Shown: piece after piece, positions 1-9,608 of the stretch | Position numbering within the stretch: the stretch's first letter is position 1 | How the letters are laid out: each line of letters starts with the position of its first letter | Sequence record: OR413575.1 | Length of the DNA: 64,000 bases | Reading direction: 5' to 3' (one strand) | Translations under genes and position numbers: made by a program | The notes under the pieces: generated by a model | What the model was told of the DNA's origin: nothing | Databases searched by the model: none | What the model saw: only the letters and a program-made list of their open reading frames with translations

Positions 1-949
1 CGTACCATGCATCGTTGATCCATAGATACATGTTGGTGCCGACCATCCAGTAGTATTCGGAATCACCAGTAGGTGGTAAATCTTTGGCGTCAGTTACTGC
101 ACCGCCAGCACGCAGACCCGGAGATTTCAGAGAAGCAATGAATGCAGTCTCGTCACCTACGAAGCCATTGTCTACCGCTACTTGATAAGCTGACTTACCG
201 TCCGGTCCTACCAGAGATGCGAGCCATGCTGCTTCGTCGCCTTCGAAACCAGCCTTCTTAGCCAGTTCAAATGCGGATTCACCATCAGTACCATCAAGGC
301 CGTCTTTACCATGTAAAGAAGCTAACCACTCCTCGCGGCTACCTTTATAACCGGCTTCCTGAGCGACAGCAAAAGCATCCTTACCGTCAGGACCCTGTTC
401 ACCTTCTTTGCCTTGACCGCCACGAATTGCTTCGACGTAATCTTCGAAGGTCACTTCTTCGGGCTTAGGTTGGCGCTCTTTCCATACTTCAAAAGCATCT
501 TTACCTTCCGGACCACGTTGTCCGAAGATAGACCATTCTTCGCCAGTCCAAATGTAGATGATACCTTTGATCAGATATGCATCGCCATTCTTCTCAGCAG
601 ATTCAGGCAGGTCTTCTACTTCAGGCAGAGGACCGATAACGTTAATACCAGTACCATCCCGGCCAGCTGGTCCACGGAAGTCACCGATATCAACCCACGT
701 TTGTTCACCAGTAATAGTACTGTGAATGAACAGGAAGATATGAGTACCGATTACGTAGAACTCGCCGTAATTGGAATCAGCTGCTGCTGGGAGTTCAGAC
801 TCGTCGTTCAACTCGCCGCGATATTTGAATGCGAGGGAAGACATGAGATCTGCGATAGTAATCCCGTAGTTATCGCCAGCGGACGCTAACGGGATGATCT
901 CTTCGCCGGTGAATTTCTTCAGGCGTTGGAATTCAGAAATCTTTGACAT
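1..949 (-). CDS. Collagen-like-repeat tail fibre/virion protein, N-terminal part (runs off window start)
   Basis: Absent from the ORF track. Manual translation from ATG at 949 (SD AGGAG upstream) gives MSKISEFQRLKKFTGEEIIPLASAGDNYGITIADL. It contains G-x-x-G runs and repeated modules GKDAFAVAQEAGYKGSREEWLASL, GESAFELAKKAGFEGDEAAWLASL and GKSAYQVAVDNGFVGDE, typical of jumbo-phage fibre proteins. Confidence 0.75.
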   Translation of the reverse strand, partial: MSKISEFQRLKKFTGEEIIPLASAGDNYGITIADLMSSLAFKYRGELNDESELPAAADSNYGEFYVIGTHIFLFIHSTITGEQTWVDIGDFRGPAGRDGTGINVIGPLPEVEDLPESAEKNGDAYLIKGIIYIWTGEEWSIFGQRGPEGKDAFEVWKERQPKPEEVTFEDYVEAIRGGQGKEGEQGPDGKDAFAVAQEAGYKGSREEWLASLHGKDGLDGTDGESAFELAKKAGFEGDEAAWLASLVGPDGKSAYQVAVDNGFVGDETAFIASLKSPGLRAGGAVTDAKDLPPTGDSEYYWMVGTNMYLWINDAWY

Positions 950-1123
950 TTAGGTGAATCTCCTGTTCTTTATCAAACTCGATTTCGACGGGCATTATTT
1001 TGCAAAATAATGAATTGTAACATAGGAATGACGTGCTATAGATGTAACGTAGCAAATAATACGTTTGTTTCAATTTCTAGGCGCTTTATCCTTACTATAG
1101 TGAAGTATTCCAAGGGCATTAAA

Positions 1124-1399
1124 ATGACTCCTAACAACTCTTCGTTTAGTAACGCAGTTTTTCATGGGAATGATTTAATTATCCTGTTCTCGCATAGTCG
1201 ACAGATTACGGTAGTTAATCCAGACCAGAATACGATCGTCTCTATGAATGATAGCGTAATTATTTTAGAGAATACAGGGATGAGTTTCCGCTATGAAATT
1301 TATTACCCTGATGCTATAGGTGCGCAATCCGCACTCGTACGTTTTGTTAACTTTATTCATGGTATCGATATAAAAGAGGAACTTAATAAAAATGGCTAA
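1124..1399 (+). CDS. Hypothetical protein
   Basis: ORF 1010..1399; likely start ATG 1124, downstream of a degenerate early-promoter motif (TTACTATAGTGAAG, ~1092-1105). Confidence 0.55.
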   Translation: MTPNNSSFSNAVFHGNDLIILFSHSRQITVVNPDQNTIVSMNDSVIILENTGMSFRYEIYYPDAIGAQSALVRFVNFIHGIDIKEELNKNG

Positions 1400-1691
1400 A
1401 CTTCTTGTAACTAGTCCTGTACCTAATACTGGTGTTTACATGGTAGCTCGTCGTAACGGTGCTCCTGTTGAGTTACATGACCTGAAAGAAGGTTTCCGTA
1501 ATTTGGAAGCAGTCTATCCGGAAGAAGGATTTGATCAGTATCTGAGCGTTGATGGGTTTCAGTTACACACCATCGGTGAACGTATCCCTGGCGACGTCGT
1601 ACGCGGCCTTAAACAGCTCGCTAAGAAGTTTGACTGGAAGGTGACTAAAGTATCACCAGATAAGCTCCCCGTCATCATGCGTGGCATGTAA
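1392..1691 (+). CDS. Hypothetical protein
   Basis: 99-aa ORF with GAGG SD, overlapping the upstream stop. Confidence 0.65.
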   Translation: MAKLLVTSPVPNTGVYMVARRNGAPVELHDLKEGFRNLEAVYPEEGFDQYLSVDGFQLHTIGERIPGDVVRGLKQLAKKFDWKVTKVSPDKLPVIMRGM

Positions 1692-1740
1692 GAGCGTTAT
1701 ATTGGAATGGGTGTAAAAACCCATTCTAAGATTATTTCAG

Positions 1741-1760
1741 ATATATATACTAATAGTGAA
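1741..1760 (+). promoter_or_regulatory. Early (virion RNAP-type) promoter
   Basis: ATATATATACTAATAGTGAA matches the repeated motif and is followed by a 5' hairpin GAATAG/CTATTC. Confidence 0.65.
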
Positions 1761-1809
1761 TAGAATATCCTATTCAATTATATCATTTATTTAAATAAGG
1801 AATTATATC

Positions 1810-1959
1810 ATGATCTTCATTATCTGGTTCGTAGCTGCACTGATCGTTTCCCTGATGGCTAAAGGCACTGGCCGTAGTGCGGGCATCTGGTTTGTCATGT
1901 CCATCATCCTGACTCCAGTTCTGGCATTCGTAGTACTCGTCGCTACTAGCGGAAAATAA
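1810..1959 (+). CDS. Small membrane protein (49 aa, two hydrophobic segments)
   Basis: MIFIIWFVAALIVSLMAKGTGRSAGIWFVMSIILTPVLAFVVLVATSGK; SD AAGGA; below the ORF-track size cutoff. Confidence 0.7.
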   Translation: MIFIIWFVAALIVSLMAKGTGRSAGIWFVMSIILTPVLAFVVLVATSGK

Positions 1960-1998
1960 CTTACATTCAATTAAATTCGTTAACGAAAGGAATATTCC

Positions 1999-2139
1999 AT
2001 GAATGAACTCTTCTCTTTACTTCGCTGGATTGCACGTACTTTAATCCGCTTTGTATTCAAAACTGCTTTGCGTTCTGTTTTCTGGGCGTTGGTAATCTTC
2101 GGGCCGGTTATCTACGTAGCCACTCACTTTAACTTCTAA
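1999..2139 (+). CDS. Small membrane protein (46 aa)
   Basis: MNELFSLLRWIARTLIRFVFKTALRSVFWALVIFGPVIYVATHFNF; SD AAAGGA. Confidence 0.65.
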   Translation: MNELFSLLRWIARTLIRFVFKTALRSVFWALVIFGPVIYVATHFNF

Positions 2140-2166
2140 TATTCTTCTTCTACAGGGAACATTAAT

Positions 2167-2640
2167 ATGCGCAAGGTAATTTTGGGATTAGTTCTGGGCT
2201 TTATGGCTTTTGGCATTACCGGTTGTTCAGAAGTTTACGAGTACGAAGATGTGGTTGTTAATAAACCATCACGTACTCTGGATGAGTTCGAAGCTCGTGT
2301 TTCCGTTAATCAATGGAACGACGAGGTGGTCTGTCATAACTGCGGGCTGAACAACGATGACATCGATCTGGACGTCAAAGGTGGTAACGTACAGTCAATC
2401 GTACAGAACCGTCATTATGCAGTACTCCATATTACTGACCAGAATAACAACTGCGTCTACGGTAATCTGGCTGTGGTTTTTAAACGTAGTCCTGAGGCCG
2501 ACTGGTACGAATTTGAACTCGGTGAATGTGAAGCGACTAACGTTGAAGCAGTTCGGGAAGAGAACGGTAAGGTTGTCATCACTGCTAAGAATGCAGATGG
2601 TAAAGATCGTACCTATCTTGTAGGCGTTAAGTATAAGTAA
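2167..2640 (+). CDS. Putative lipoprotein with conserved Cys pattern
   Basis: Signal peptide with lipobox-like ITGC; CxxC...C...GxCE pattern shared with 2807..3253. Confidence 0.7.
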   Translation: MRKVILGLVLGFMAFGITGCSEVYEYEDVVVNKPSRTLDEFEARVSVNQWNDEVVCHNCGLNNDDIDLDVKGGNVQSIVQNRHYAVLHITDQNNNCVYGNLAVVFKRSPEADWYEFELGECEATNVEAVREENGKVVITAKNADGKDRTYLVGVKYK

Positions 2641-2745
2641 TCCATGAATGATCATTTCGACAATATCAAAACAACGTGATCAATGTAACGTGGTAGCTGT
2701 ATTCGACGTAATTGTGTAGTGGTAATATTCGTTCTATAACGGAAA

Positions 2746-2772
2746 GGGACCAGAAGGTCCCTTTTCTTTTTT
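2746..2772 (+). terminator. Rho-independent terminator
   Basis: GGGACC-AGAA-GGTCCC followed by a T-run. Confidence 0.8.
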
Positions 2773-2806
2773 TGTTTTACAATTACTTATATAAGAGGTA
2801 ACCTCC

Positions 2807-3253
2807 ATGATCAAATATATCATTAAAGTTCTGGTAATCGTAACCGCATTTTCCACCACTGCTTTCGCAGGTTCTCACCCCGGTCCTCTTCCGACTACTC
2901 CTAACAACATGATCAAAACTCAGGTCGACGTTGTAGGTAACAGTGTATTCTGCACCGACTGTTTCGGCGTACCTTCCAATCCCACTAAGGTCGAAGGTAT
3001 AGACGGGTTAAAAGTTATCGCTCTCAATGAGTCTGGTGCAATGGCTGTAGTAACAGTCGAAGACGAGAACTGCGATGCTGGTAAGTGGTTTGTTATCAAC
3101 AAGCGAGGGAAAGCTGTAGCGCATCAATTAAACATTGGTACCTGCGAAGCAATCGCAGATGTCCAGATCGAAGACATTAACAACTTCGATGTTCGTATCA
3201 CTCTCTATACCTATGGCGATGATGAATTGACTTTTGTAGTCAAAGGCCGTTAA
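2807..3253 (+). CDS. Exported protein, paralog of 2167..2640
   Basis: Sec signal peptide ending TAFA; CxxC...C...GxCE pattern. Confidence 0.7.
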   Translation: MIKYIIKVLVIVTAFSTTAFAGSHPGPLPTTPNNMIKTQVDVVGNSVFCTDCFGVPSNPTKVEGIDGLKVIALNESGAMAVVTVEDENCDAGKWFVINKRGKAVAHQLNIGTCEAIADVQIEDINNFDVRITLYTYGDDELTFVVKGR

Positions 3254-3296
3254 TAGTAGTGCAATCCATAAACTTTAATTAAGAAGGAATATTCCA

Positions 3297-3755
3297 ATGC
3301 GTAAGTCAATCTTTGCAGTAGCAATAGCAGCAGTTCTGACAGTAGCTTCATTCACCGCAAATGCAGGTATTGATAAGTGGACTGATGATTGGGCTCAGGG
3401 TACCACCGAGTACATGTATACCAACAAACAAAACATGACCGTGAACTTCTCTTGTTCTCCGGATCGTCCAATGTCTATTCACTTGGACAACGGTAATCGT
3501 TCTACGGGTAACCAAACTGAAGCCCGCGCTACTATCATCTTCAACAACGATAAACGTACCCTCGTGGAAGTTGATTACAACGACAACTCCATGGCTGGTC
3601 TACGTGCCCATGAATACGTTATGCAATCTTTGGCTTCTGAAAAGTCAGTAACAGTCATCATCGGTAAAATGTCCGGCACCTTCCCTCTTACGGGTAGCGC
3701 TAAGATATTCAAAGACAATGACTGTGCATCTGGCGACGAGTGGGTTAAAGGTTAA
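3297..3755 (+). CDS. Exported hypothetical protein
   Basis: Signal peptide ending ANA; strong SD. Confidence 0.7.
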   Translation: MRKSIFAVAIAAVLTVASFTANAGIDKWTDDWAQGTTEYMYTNKQNMTVNFSCSPDRPMSIHLDNGNRSTGNQTEARATIIFNNDKRTLVEVDYNDNSMAGLRAHEYVMQSLASEKSVTVIIGKMSGTFPLTGSAKIFKDNDCASGDEWVKG

Positions 3756-3780
3756 TAACCACTGTTAGGCAGCACAATAA

Positions 3781-3813
3781 GAAGAGTCCTTCCGGGGACT
3801 CTTCTTTTTTTTT
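3781..3813. terminator. Terminator between convergent genes
   Basis: GAAGAGTCC-TTCCGG-GGACTCTTC followed by a T-run. Confidence 0.8.
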
Positions 3814-4595
3814 TATTTGTTTAGTGTAGCCAAATGAGCTAGTAGTTTTTTACCGCGCGGTGATTCTGGATCAATAGGTAAGTTAGTCTCAGGGTCATGT
3901 AAGATCGCTCCCTTAAGATCCGTAGTTTTGATTTTATCAATGATATCTGCGAGATCGGTTTCAGCAGTACTAGAACTGAAGTCTTCGACGTACCCTACTT
4001 TCTCCACGCAGTAGTAGCTGATTGCCTCCGGTCCATTACCGAATTTGATAGGGAGTACATTAATACCTAACTTTTCCATCAGATATTGGTTGAAGATACC
4101 AAAGGCTTCTTCCAGACCGAAGTTGATATCCGATTTAATGTTGAACTGGTCGAATTCAAGAGCTGCCAAAATTACTTTGTTAGGTAACGCATTGAATACT
4201 GAGATGACCTCGCAACAGAAGATCGTACAGAGAGGAGACGCCTTTTCAAAGAACTCTGGCGGTAATGATAGAAGATCGTCTTTATACCCATCCTCTAACA
4301 CCATACTACCGTCAGATTCCATACCGTGAAGATACGGGCAATAAGGACGGTGAGTCCCGATGGTCTTGTTCAGTTCCTGTACATAAACCGTGTGTGGCGT
4401 ATGAATGACCTGAGTGACTTCGCGTTGACGATTACGGAAGATAATGATGTTACCTTCCTGGAATACAGAAGAACGAACCTCTACGGATTCATCTTCGGCC
4501 AGACGAATTAATTCTTCACCTGACATGAAAGGCATAAGGTCCTGGACGTGGTTTGCCATACCTTCGTTTACGATTTTTACATAAGTGTTGTTCAT
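3813..4595 (-). CDS. Hypothetical protein
   Basis: 260-aa ORF with phage-like composition; start may be 4559. Confidence 0.65.
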   Translation of the reverse strand: MNNTYVKIVNEGMANHVQDLMPFMSGEELIRLAEDESVEVRSSVFQEGNIIIFRNRQREVTQVIHTPHTVYVQELNKTIGTHRPYCPYLHGMESDGSMVLEDGYKDDLLSLPPEFFEKASPLCTIFCCEVISVFNALPNKVILAALEFDQFNIKSDINFGLEEAFGIFNQYLMEKLGINVLPIKFGNGPEAISYYCVEKVGYVEDFSSSTAETDLADIIDKIKTTDLKGAILHDPETNLPIDPESPRGKKLLAHLATLNK

Positions 4596-4700
4596 TTTGA
4601 TATTTCCATAGTTAAGTGTTTAGGTGTGCGAGTAGCTGGTGTTTGGTGTTTAGTTACTGAGCACGGTAGACAGAATGTCTACATATTAATAAACATTACG

Positions 4701-4721
4701 AATATACATTACTTAAGTGAA
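4701..4721 (+). promoter_or_regulatory. Early promoter
   Basis: AATATACATTACTTAAGTGAA. Confidence 0.7.
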
Positions 4722-4778
4722 ATCAGATTCTTTTTCTACATAGTCGATCTAGACTATGATCTATATAGGAGCCATCTT

Positions 4779-5297
4779 ATGCCAAGAACTACTCGTTTCC
4801 GCGTACACAACCATCAAGGCGTGTGTAAACTTTACGATAAGATTTCGGGCGTCCACGTATTAACAGCAACCCCCATTTTGAAAATTCAGGAAGGTGCTAA
4901 CTACGACGGATACATTCTTCTGCCGGTAACGTACATGGGTACTGAGGATGCTAAGTTCATCCCTGCCGCTCGTGAGACGTTTTTCTACGGCGTTAACATC
5001 CATCACGATGAGTTTATTTACACAGACCGTTTATACAGCCTCGATGTTACTCATGCTATACGAAATGTTGTAGAAGCTAAAGTAACTCGTTCGCAGGGTA
5101 GACGTTACGCGTTTGGATCGTGTACATTCCTCAGGGCGATTTACCACCGTGTATTACAAAACGGTAATAAACGTTTCTTCTGCATGAATGAGCAAATGAT
5201 CTCTAACCCGAAGTGGTTGAAATATCATAGTTCTGAATTCAGAACTGAGATCTGGCCATGGTATCTGGAAAATAGAACTCAATATCATCGGATTTAA
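4779..5297 (+). CDS. Hypothetical early protein
   Basis: Start moved to ATG 4779 (SD AGGAG) within ORF 4548..5297. Confidence 0.65.
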   Translation: MPRTTRFRVHNHQGVCKLYDKISGVHVLTATPILKIQEGANYDGYILLPVTYMGTEDAKFIPAARETFFYGVNIHHDEFIYTDRLYSLDVTHAIRNVVEAKVTRSQGRRYAFGSCTFLRAIYHRVLQNGNKRFFCMNEQMISNPKWLKYHSSEFRTEIWPWYLENRTQYHRI

Positions 5298-5304
5298 ATA
5301 AATT

Positions 5305-5898
5305 ATGTCAAGATTAAACTTGACCGACAAGCGCGTTAAGCTGATCGGTACTGAAACTTCTCTGTCTAAAGGTATTCAACTTAAGGCAGAAACAACTGAT
5401 GGCCCAGTGACTCTGCGTTTCACTAATATCCGCCTCAACAAACATCAACACGTTGGTATGTACGATGGATATGTAGCTATTGCATTCCATTACAAAGACC
5501 GTGATGTATCTAGCGATGAAGATTGTATCTTTATCGGCGTCAATGGTTCGCGCTGGCCTGATGTTTGTTTAATCCCTCATCTACGTAACAAGTTCTTGGA
5601 AGAGATCTTGGCGTTGTATGGTCGTGCTAATAACATGATCATTCTGTCGTACAAGACTAAACTCTTCCGTGACATGACTACTCAACAGATGGGGCGTAAG
5701 ACCAAGGTCTGGAATAAGTTACGTGGTAAGCAAATCTTTAATCACGAACCTATTACTCGGCAAGACCCTAAACTTCACTTTGTTGCCCACGGTGAACTGG
5801 ACTCCGACTGGTTCATTGCGCTGACTAAATTCAATATTGACTCCATGATGCATTGTATGTTAAACAATACAAACTTTGTGGAGAGCCCTCATGTCTGA
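5305..5898 (+). CDS. Hypothetical protein
   Basis: 197-aa ORF in the operon. Confidence 0.65.
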   Translation: MSRLNLTDKRVKLIGTETSLSKGIQLKAETTDGPVTLRFTNIRLNKHQHVGMYDGYVAIAFHYKDRDVSSDEDCIFIGVNGSRWPDVCLIPHLRNKFLEEILALYGRANNMIILSYKTKLFRDMTTQQMGRKTKVWNKLRGKQIFNHEPITRQDPKLHFVAHGELDSDWFIALTKFNIDSMMHCMLNNTNFVESPHV

Positions 5899-6298
5899 GT
5901 CATTATTACAGTTAGCGGAACAAATGGAAGTTGATGAAGTTATCAATAAAGAATACGCAGTCGGCCTGAAAACCCAGCTGGAGTTATTGGCGCTTGACCC
6001 TAAGTGGTTGAGTTGGAAAGAATGGGTTACGTTGTTCCCAGAATACCGTAATGCTACCCTCGGTGAGAAATATCAACCGATGCTTTCCTTCAGTCGCCCA
6101 CCAGCAGGTCCGGATGAGCATTTCAATAATGCCGTTGTTGTCGTAGTCCGTTTAGCTAACGGTTATCAAGCCTGCTACATGACGCAAGCAGAATCTGCGA
6201 AAACCTTCTCGGTTGTAGCGTCATTCAAAGCAGCGGTAGAGGGCGCAATGGTTAAAGTCGCTCAATACCACCTGACTAAACAGTACGTCCTATCCTGA
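5891..6298 (+). CDS. Hypothetical protein
   Basis: ORF 5876..6298, likely start MSESLL; followed by hairpin CCCTAC-TTCG-GTAGGG. Confidence 0.6.
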   Translation: MSESLLQLAEQMEVDEVINKEYAVGLKTQLELLALDPKWLSWKEWVTLFPEYRNATLGEKYQPMLSFSRPPAGPDEHFNNAVVVVVRLANGYQACYMTQAESAKTFSVVASFKAAVEGAMVKVAQYHLTKQYVLS

Positions 6299-6348
6299 TC
6301 TATTAAGCCCTACTTCGGTAGGGATTTGTGACTAATTGGAGATCTATC

Positions 6349-6705
6349 ATGCTTAATTATATTTATCCGGTCATTATTACGGCAGCACTCGTATGGTCAA
6401 GTGTTGTTATCGATTTAAAACAAGAGAAGGCGAAGAAAGTCGGCAAGTTAAAACACAGCCCACTGATCTTGGTTATCCAACTTATCTCGTTCATTGGTGT
6501 ACTGACGTTCTTTGGTAATGAGTTCTTCACCATCATGGGTGCACTAGTTGCTATTGTGTTCTCATTACCATTGTACGATGTTCCTTATAACGGTAAGTAC
6601 AATAGCCGATTCCAGACGGGTTGGAACTATTACCGTAATATACAAGCAGGGCTCGTAGTAGTAGGCATACTGTTCATTGTAGTAATGAAGTTGTTTGCTA
6701 TCTAA
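6349..6705 (+). CDS. Membrane protein (~4 TM)
   Basis: Several hydrophobic segments; SD GGAG. Confidence 0.65.
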   Translation: MLNYIYPVIITAALVWSSVVIDLKQEKAKKVGKLKHSPLILVIQLISFIGVLTFFGNEFFTIMGALVAIVFSLPLYDVPYNGKYNSRFQTGWNYYRNIQAGLVVVGILFIVVMKLFAI

Positions 6706-6716
6706 CAAATAGTCAA

Positions 6717-6737
6717 GTATATATTACTTAAGTGAAG
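6717..6737 (+). promoter_or_regulatory. Early promoter
   Basis: GTATATATTACTTAAGTGAAG, consensus copy. Confidence 0.8.
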
Positions 6738-6761
6738 AAGCTAATGAATTAGGAGTTTGTT

Positions 6762-7178
6762 ATGGTTAAGGTTGATCAACTGCGTTTGCACAAAGAGATG
6801 TTCAGTTACGATTTGGAAGTGCATGAGAAAAGAGGTTGCACTCCGGAACATCTTTACTCTATCAATTGCACTCTGTACGAAACAGGTCGACGAGATGATC
6901 CTGTTAAGGAACCTTTCCTGTCCAGGGCTAAAGAATCTGAAATGGTAGTGATCGGTAAATTAAATACCTACTACGAAGTAACGCCTGAGTATAGTTATCG
7001 GGCGATTGAATTAAAACGTATTGTGCATGTAGTTGTCGGTTCAAGTATCGACGATGTACATTTACAGATGGAAGAAATTATTGAGCAAGGCCCGCCTACT
7101 GGCACGACTTATATAGCAGGCACGGTTAAGCAACGTAAAGAGTTAGAGAAACGTAATAAAGAAAGAGGTGCATGGTAA
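6762..7178 (+). CDS. Hypothetical early protein
   Basis: SD AGGAG, directly after the promoter. Confidence 0.65.
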   Translation: MVKVDQLRLHKEMFSYDLEVHEKRGCTPEHLYSINCTLYETGRRDDPVKEPFLSRAKESEMVVIGKLNTYYEVTPEYSYRAIELKRIVHVVVGSSIDDVHLQMEEIIEQGPPTGTTYIAGTVKQRKELEKRNKERGAW

Positions 7179-7876
7179 TGAAAGTTTTCTGTAAAGATGT
7201 TGAAACATATCGTCGTTTGAAAGAAGCAGCTGTTAAATACCCGCAGATGGAAGAGTTCGTATCATTGGCTACAGTCATTACGCCAGAAGAACTTATCCAG
7301 ATCGTGACTGGTGAATACGTCGCTGTTGAAACTACAATGATGTTGGATGAGCCTTCGGTTATTTCCATGTTAGCAGATCCAGCATTTATTAAGTTGGTCA
7401 GCGATATGGCAGTTGTCAAAACACGACCGATGGACGATGGCGACAAACCGGCCATCGGTAGCTCGATGGGTTCTACAGTTACCCGCATGGATGGAATTCC
7501 TACTGAATCCGAAAATGATGAAGATACTCAGTCATTTGGCGATCTTTATCAGGATCTGTTCCCTGAAGGTGATAACAAAGGTGTAGAAGCTAAACGGGAC
7601 GCTCCTATAATCCCCGGTAAGGTAGCTATTGTGGGGGGACGTTCTATCGGCGCTGGGTTACTGGGTGCTGCTGCTAAGCAACTAGCCAAAGTCGCTATAT
7701 TGCAAGACGAACGTGCTTTCTTGCACAATCCGTTTGGATTTCAGAACACCGACTTCGGTCGTGAATCAGGTAAGAACAGTCGTCGCCCTATGGTAACGTC
7801 TGCTAAAGGTCATCCGTATCCACTCCCTAAATCTCCACGTGGTGTTCCACGTCTCGGTCGCACAAGAGGTCGCTAA
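7172..7876 (+). CDS. Hypothetical protein with basic low-complexity C-terminus
   Basis: 234-aa ORF coupled to its neighbours. Confidence 0.65.
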   Translation: MVMKVFCKDVETYRRLKEAAVKYPQMEEFVSLATVITPEELIQIVTGEYVAVETTMMLDEPSVISMLADPAFIKLVSDMAVVKTRPMDDGDKPAIGSSMGSTVTRMDGIPTESENDEDTQSFGDLYQDLFPEGDNKGVEAKRDAPIIPGKVAIVGGRSIGAGLLGAAAKQLAKVAILQDERAFLHNPFGFQNTDFGRESGKNSRRPMVTSAKGHPYPLPKSPRGVPRLGRTRGR

Positions 7877-8481
7877 TGAAAAAGGTTGCTTGCTATTTCC
7901 ATGAACAGAATATGTTGTTGGTAAACCCGGAATGGTTCCGTTACTGTACCAAGTTCAAACTGACCAAAATTGTACCGGGTCAGGATATCGTATTAACTGG
8001 TAGCGATATCAGCGAAATGCGCATGGTCATTACGGATGGTGGTAGTTCGTATATCCGTATGGTAGCAGACGGTGTTGAATACAATGTTCGTCGTCATCTT
8101 TCAATGCACCAGGATGACTGGAACAATCTGGTACGATGGGTAACCTGCGGATGGGATCGTAAGGATCCTGACTGGATGTATTACATCAATGACGGTGAGC
8201 GTTACAAGCGCCGTATCGTCTGCGCTGCTAACAAGATCGGTAATCACATCATCCCCGGTGCTCGTCATGGTAGTCCGTTAATGAATGAGTTGGTTAAACA
8301 ACTCTTCCCTAATGAAGCGGATGCAGTAGTTGCAATGAACGAATGTTACGAAGAAGGTTTCATCGATCAGTACGATCAATGGTGGAACCGTGAACAAGCA
8401 CTCGAAATCGCAATCAATTCAGATCAGATTATCCGTAAGGGTGGTAGTAAGAAAATGCTCTGGTCTGAAAACCTGTATTAA
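7876..8481 (+). CDS. Conserved phage hypothetical protein
   Basis: C-terminal RRIVCAAN...GARH...EGFIDQY..WWNREQALEIA domain, recalled from many lytic phages; TAATG coupling. Confidence 0.65.
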   Translation: MKKVACYFHEQNMLLVNPEWFRYCTKFKLTKIVPGQDIVLTGSDISEMRMVITDGGSSYIRMVADGVEYNVRRHLSMHQDDWNNLVRWVTCGWDRKDPDWMYYINDGERYKRRIVCAANKIGNHIIPGARHGSPLMNELVKQLFPNEADAVVAMNECYEEGFIDQYDQWWNREQALEIAINSDQIIRKGGSKKMLWSENLY

Positions 8482-8529
8482 TTGAAGTAATTCTCTCATC
8501 ATTTGTAAAACTTATATAAGGTAATCAAA

Positions 8530-8955
8530 ATGTTAGTATCAATGTTTTTCGCAATCGTATCAATCGTAATGGCCGTTGGCGCAATGTTTTATCAACGTTG
8601 GATTTTTACTCGCATCGATGCAATCAAACTCCCTCTGGAAACTCTCGGTGCTAAACCGCTGCCTATTCAGTGGAATATCGTTTGCGCGTTATCAGCGATG
8701 CCGTTACTGGCTACCGGATTGTGGGATCATTCCTTGCGTTATGGTATTACAGCTCTCGACATTGTAGCGTTTCCGGTGTCGTTTGCAGTTAACGTATTGA
8801 GTCTACTGGTTGTCTGGGCTTTGTGGATGCGTAAAGCACCGGTTACTGATATCGTCCGTCGTTATAACAAACTGGCGCGTATCTGGTTCTGGATCACTTG
8901 GGTCGCTGTTGTCCTCACCATCGTTATATGGTTGACGGAATTCAACGCGTACTAA
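8530..8955 (+). CDS. Membrane protein (~4 TM)
   Basis: Hydrophobic segments; terminator at 8967-8984. Confidence 0.7.
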   Translation: MLVSMFFAIVSIVMAVGAMFYQRWIFTRIDAIKLPLETLGAKPLPIQWNIVCALSAMPLLATGLWDHSLRYGITALDIVAFPVSFAVNVLSLLVVWALWMRKAPVTDIVRRYNKLARIWFWITWVAVVLTIVIWLTEFNAY

Positions 8956-9011
8956 GTTTTAATATTGGAGTCCTTTGGGACTCCTTTTATTTTTTGCTAT
9001 CAGGGGGCTTT

Positions 9012-9608
9012 ATGTGGTTTTGGACTGGTATAGGGAGTAGAGATATATCGATAGAAGAAGAGGATATGATTTTCGATCTAGCTTATCATTTAGCTGCTAT
9101 GGACGGTGTATTACGTACCGGATGTGCGGGTGGTTCAGATGAGCGTTTTGAAGATGGTTACGAAGAAGCCTACAATGATGGATTAACTTGGCGTAGCCCT
9201 GAATTGTACATTCCTTGGAATAACTTCATGCCAAATGTTCAACGGCCGTGGAAACGTAAAAGAGCTCACCCAGGGCTATTAGGAGACGCGTGGAACGATG
9301 CTATGCAATTAGTCGCTGAGATACATCCTGCTCACGACAGACTATCACAGGGAGCATATAAGCTACATGCACGTAACATGTTCCAACCACTTGGTTATTT
9401 CCTGGATAAACCGAGTAAGTTTCTATTAGCATGTTCAGATTCTGATAAATACGGTGATCCGAAAGGCGGTACACGTACAGCATGGATGTTAGCTAAACGC
9501 TATGACATTCCGTGTTTAAATATTCGCGGTCGGTCAATGGAAGAAGCGATTAGCTGGATCGAATCTATCTGTCATTGGCCGCATGATAAAATGCCGAAGT
9601 TATGGTAA
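9012..9608 (+). CDS. DprA/Smf-like (SLOG superfamily) protein
   Basis: Motifs WTGIGSR, LRTGCAGGSD, LHARN and GGTRTAWMLAKRYDIPCLNI, typical of phage SLOG/DprA-like proteins; start ATG 9012. Confidence 0.7.
   Translation: MWFWTGIGSRDISIEEEDMIFDLAYHLAAMDGVLRTGCAGGSDERFEDGYEEAYNDGLTWRSPELYIPWNNFMPNVQRPWKRKRAHPGLLGDAWNDAMQLVAEIHPAHDRLSQGAYKLHARNMFQPLGYFLDKPSKFLLACSDSDKYGDPKGGTRTAWMLAKRYDIPCLNIRGRSMEEAISWIESICHWPHDKMPKLW

Noticed and set aside
271-889. Plus-strand ORFs 271..468 and 413..889
   Set aside because: Antisense shadows of the minus-strand fibre gene.
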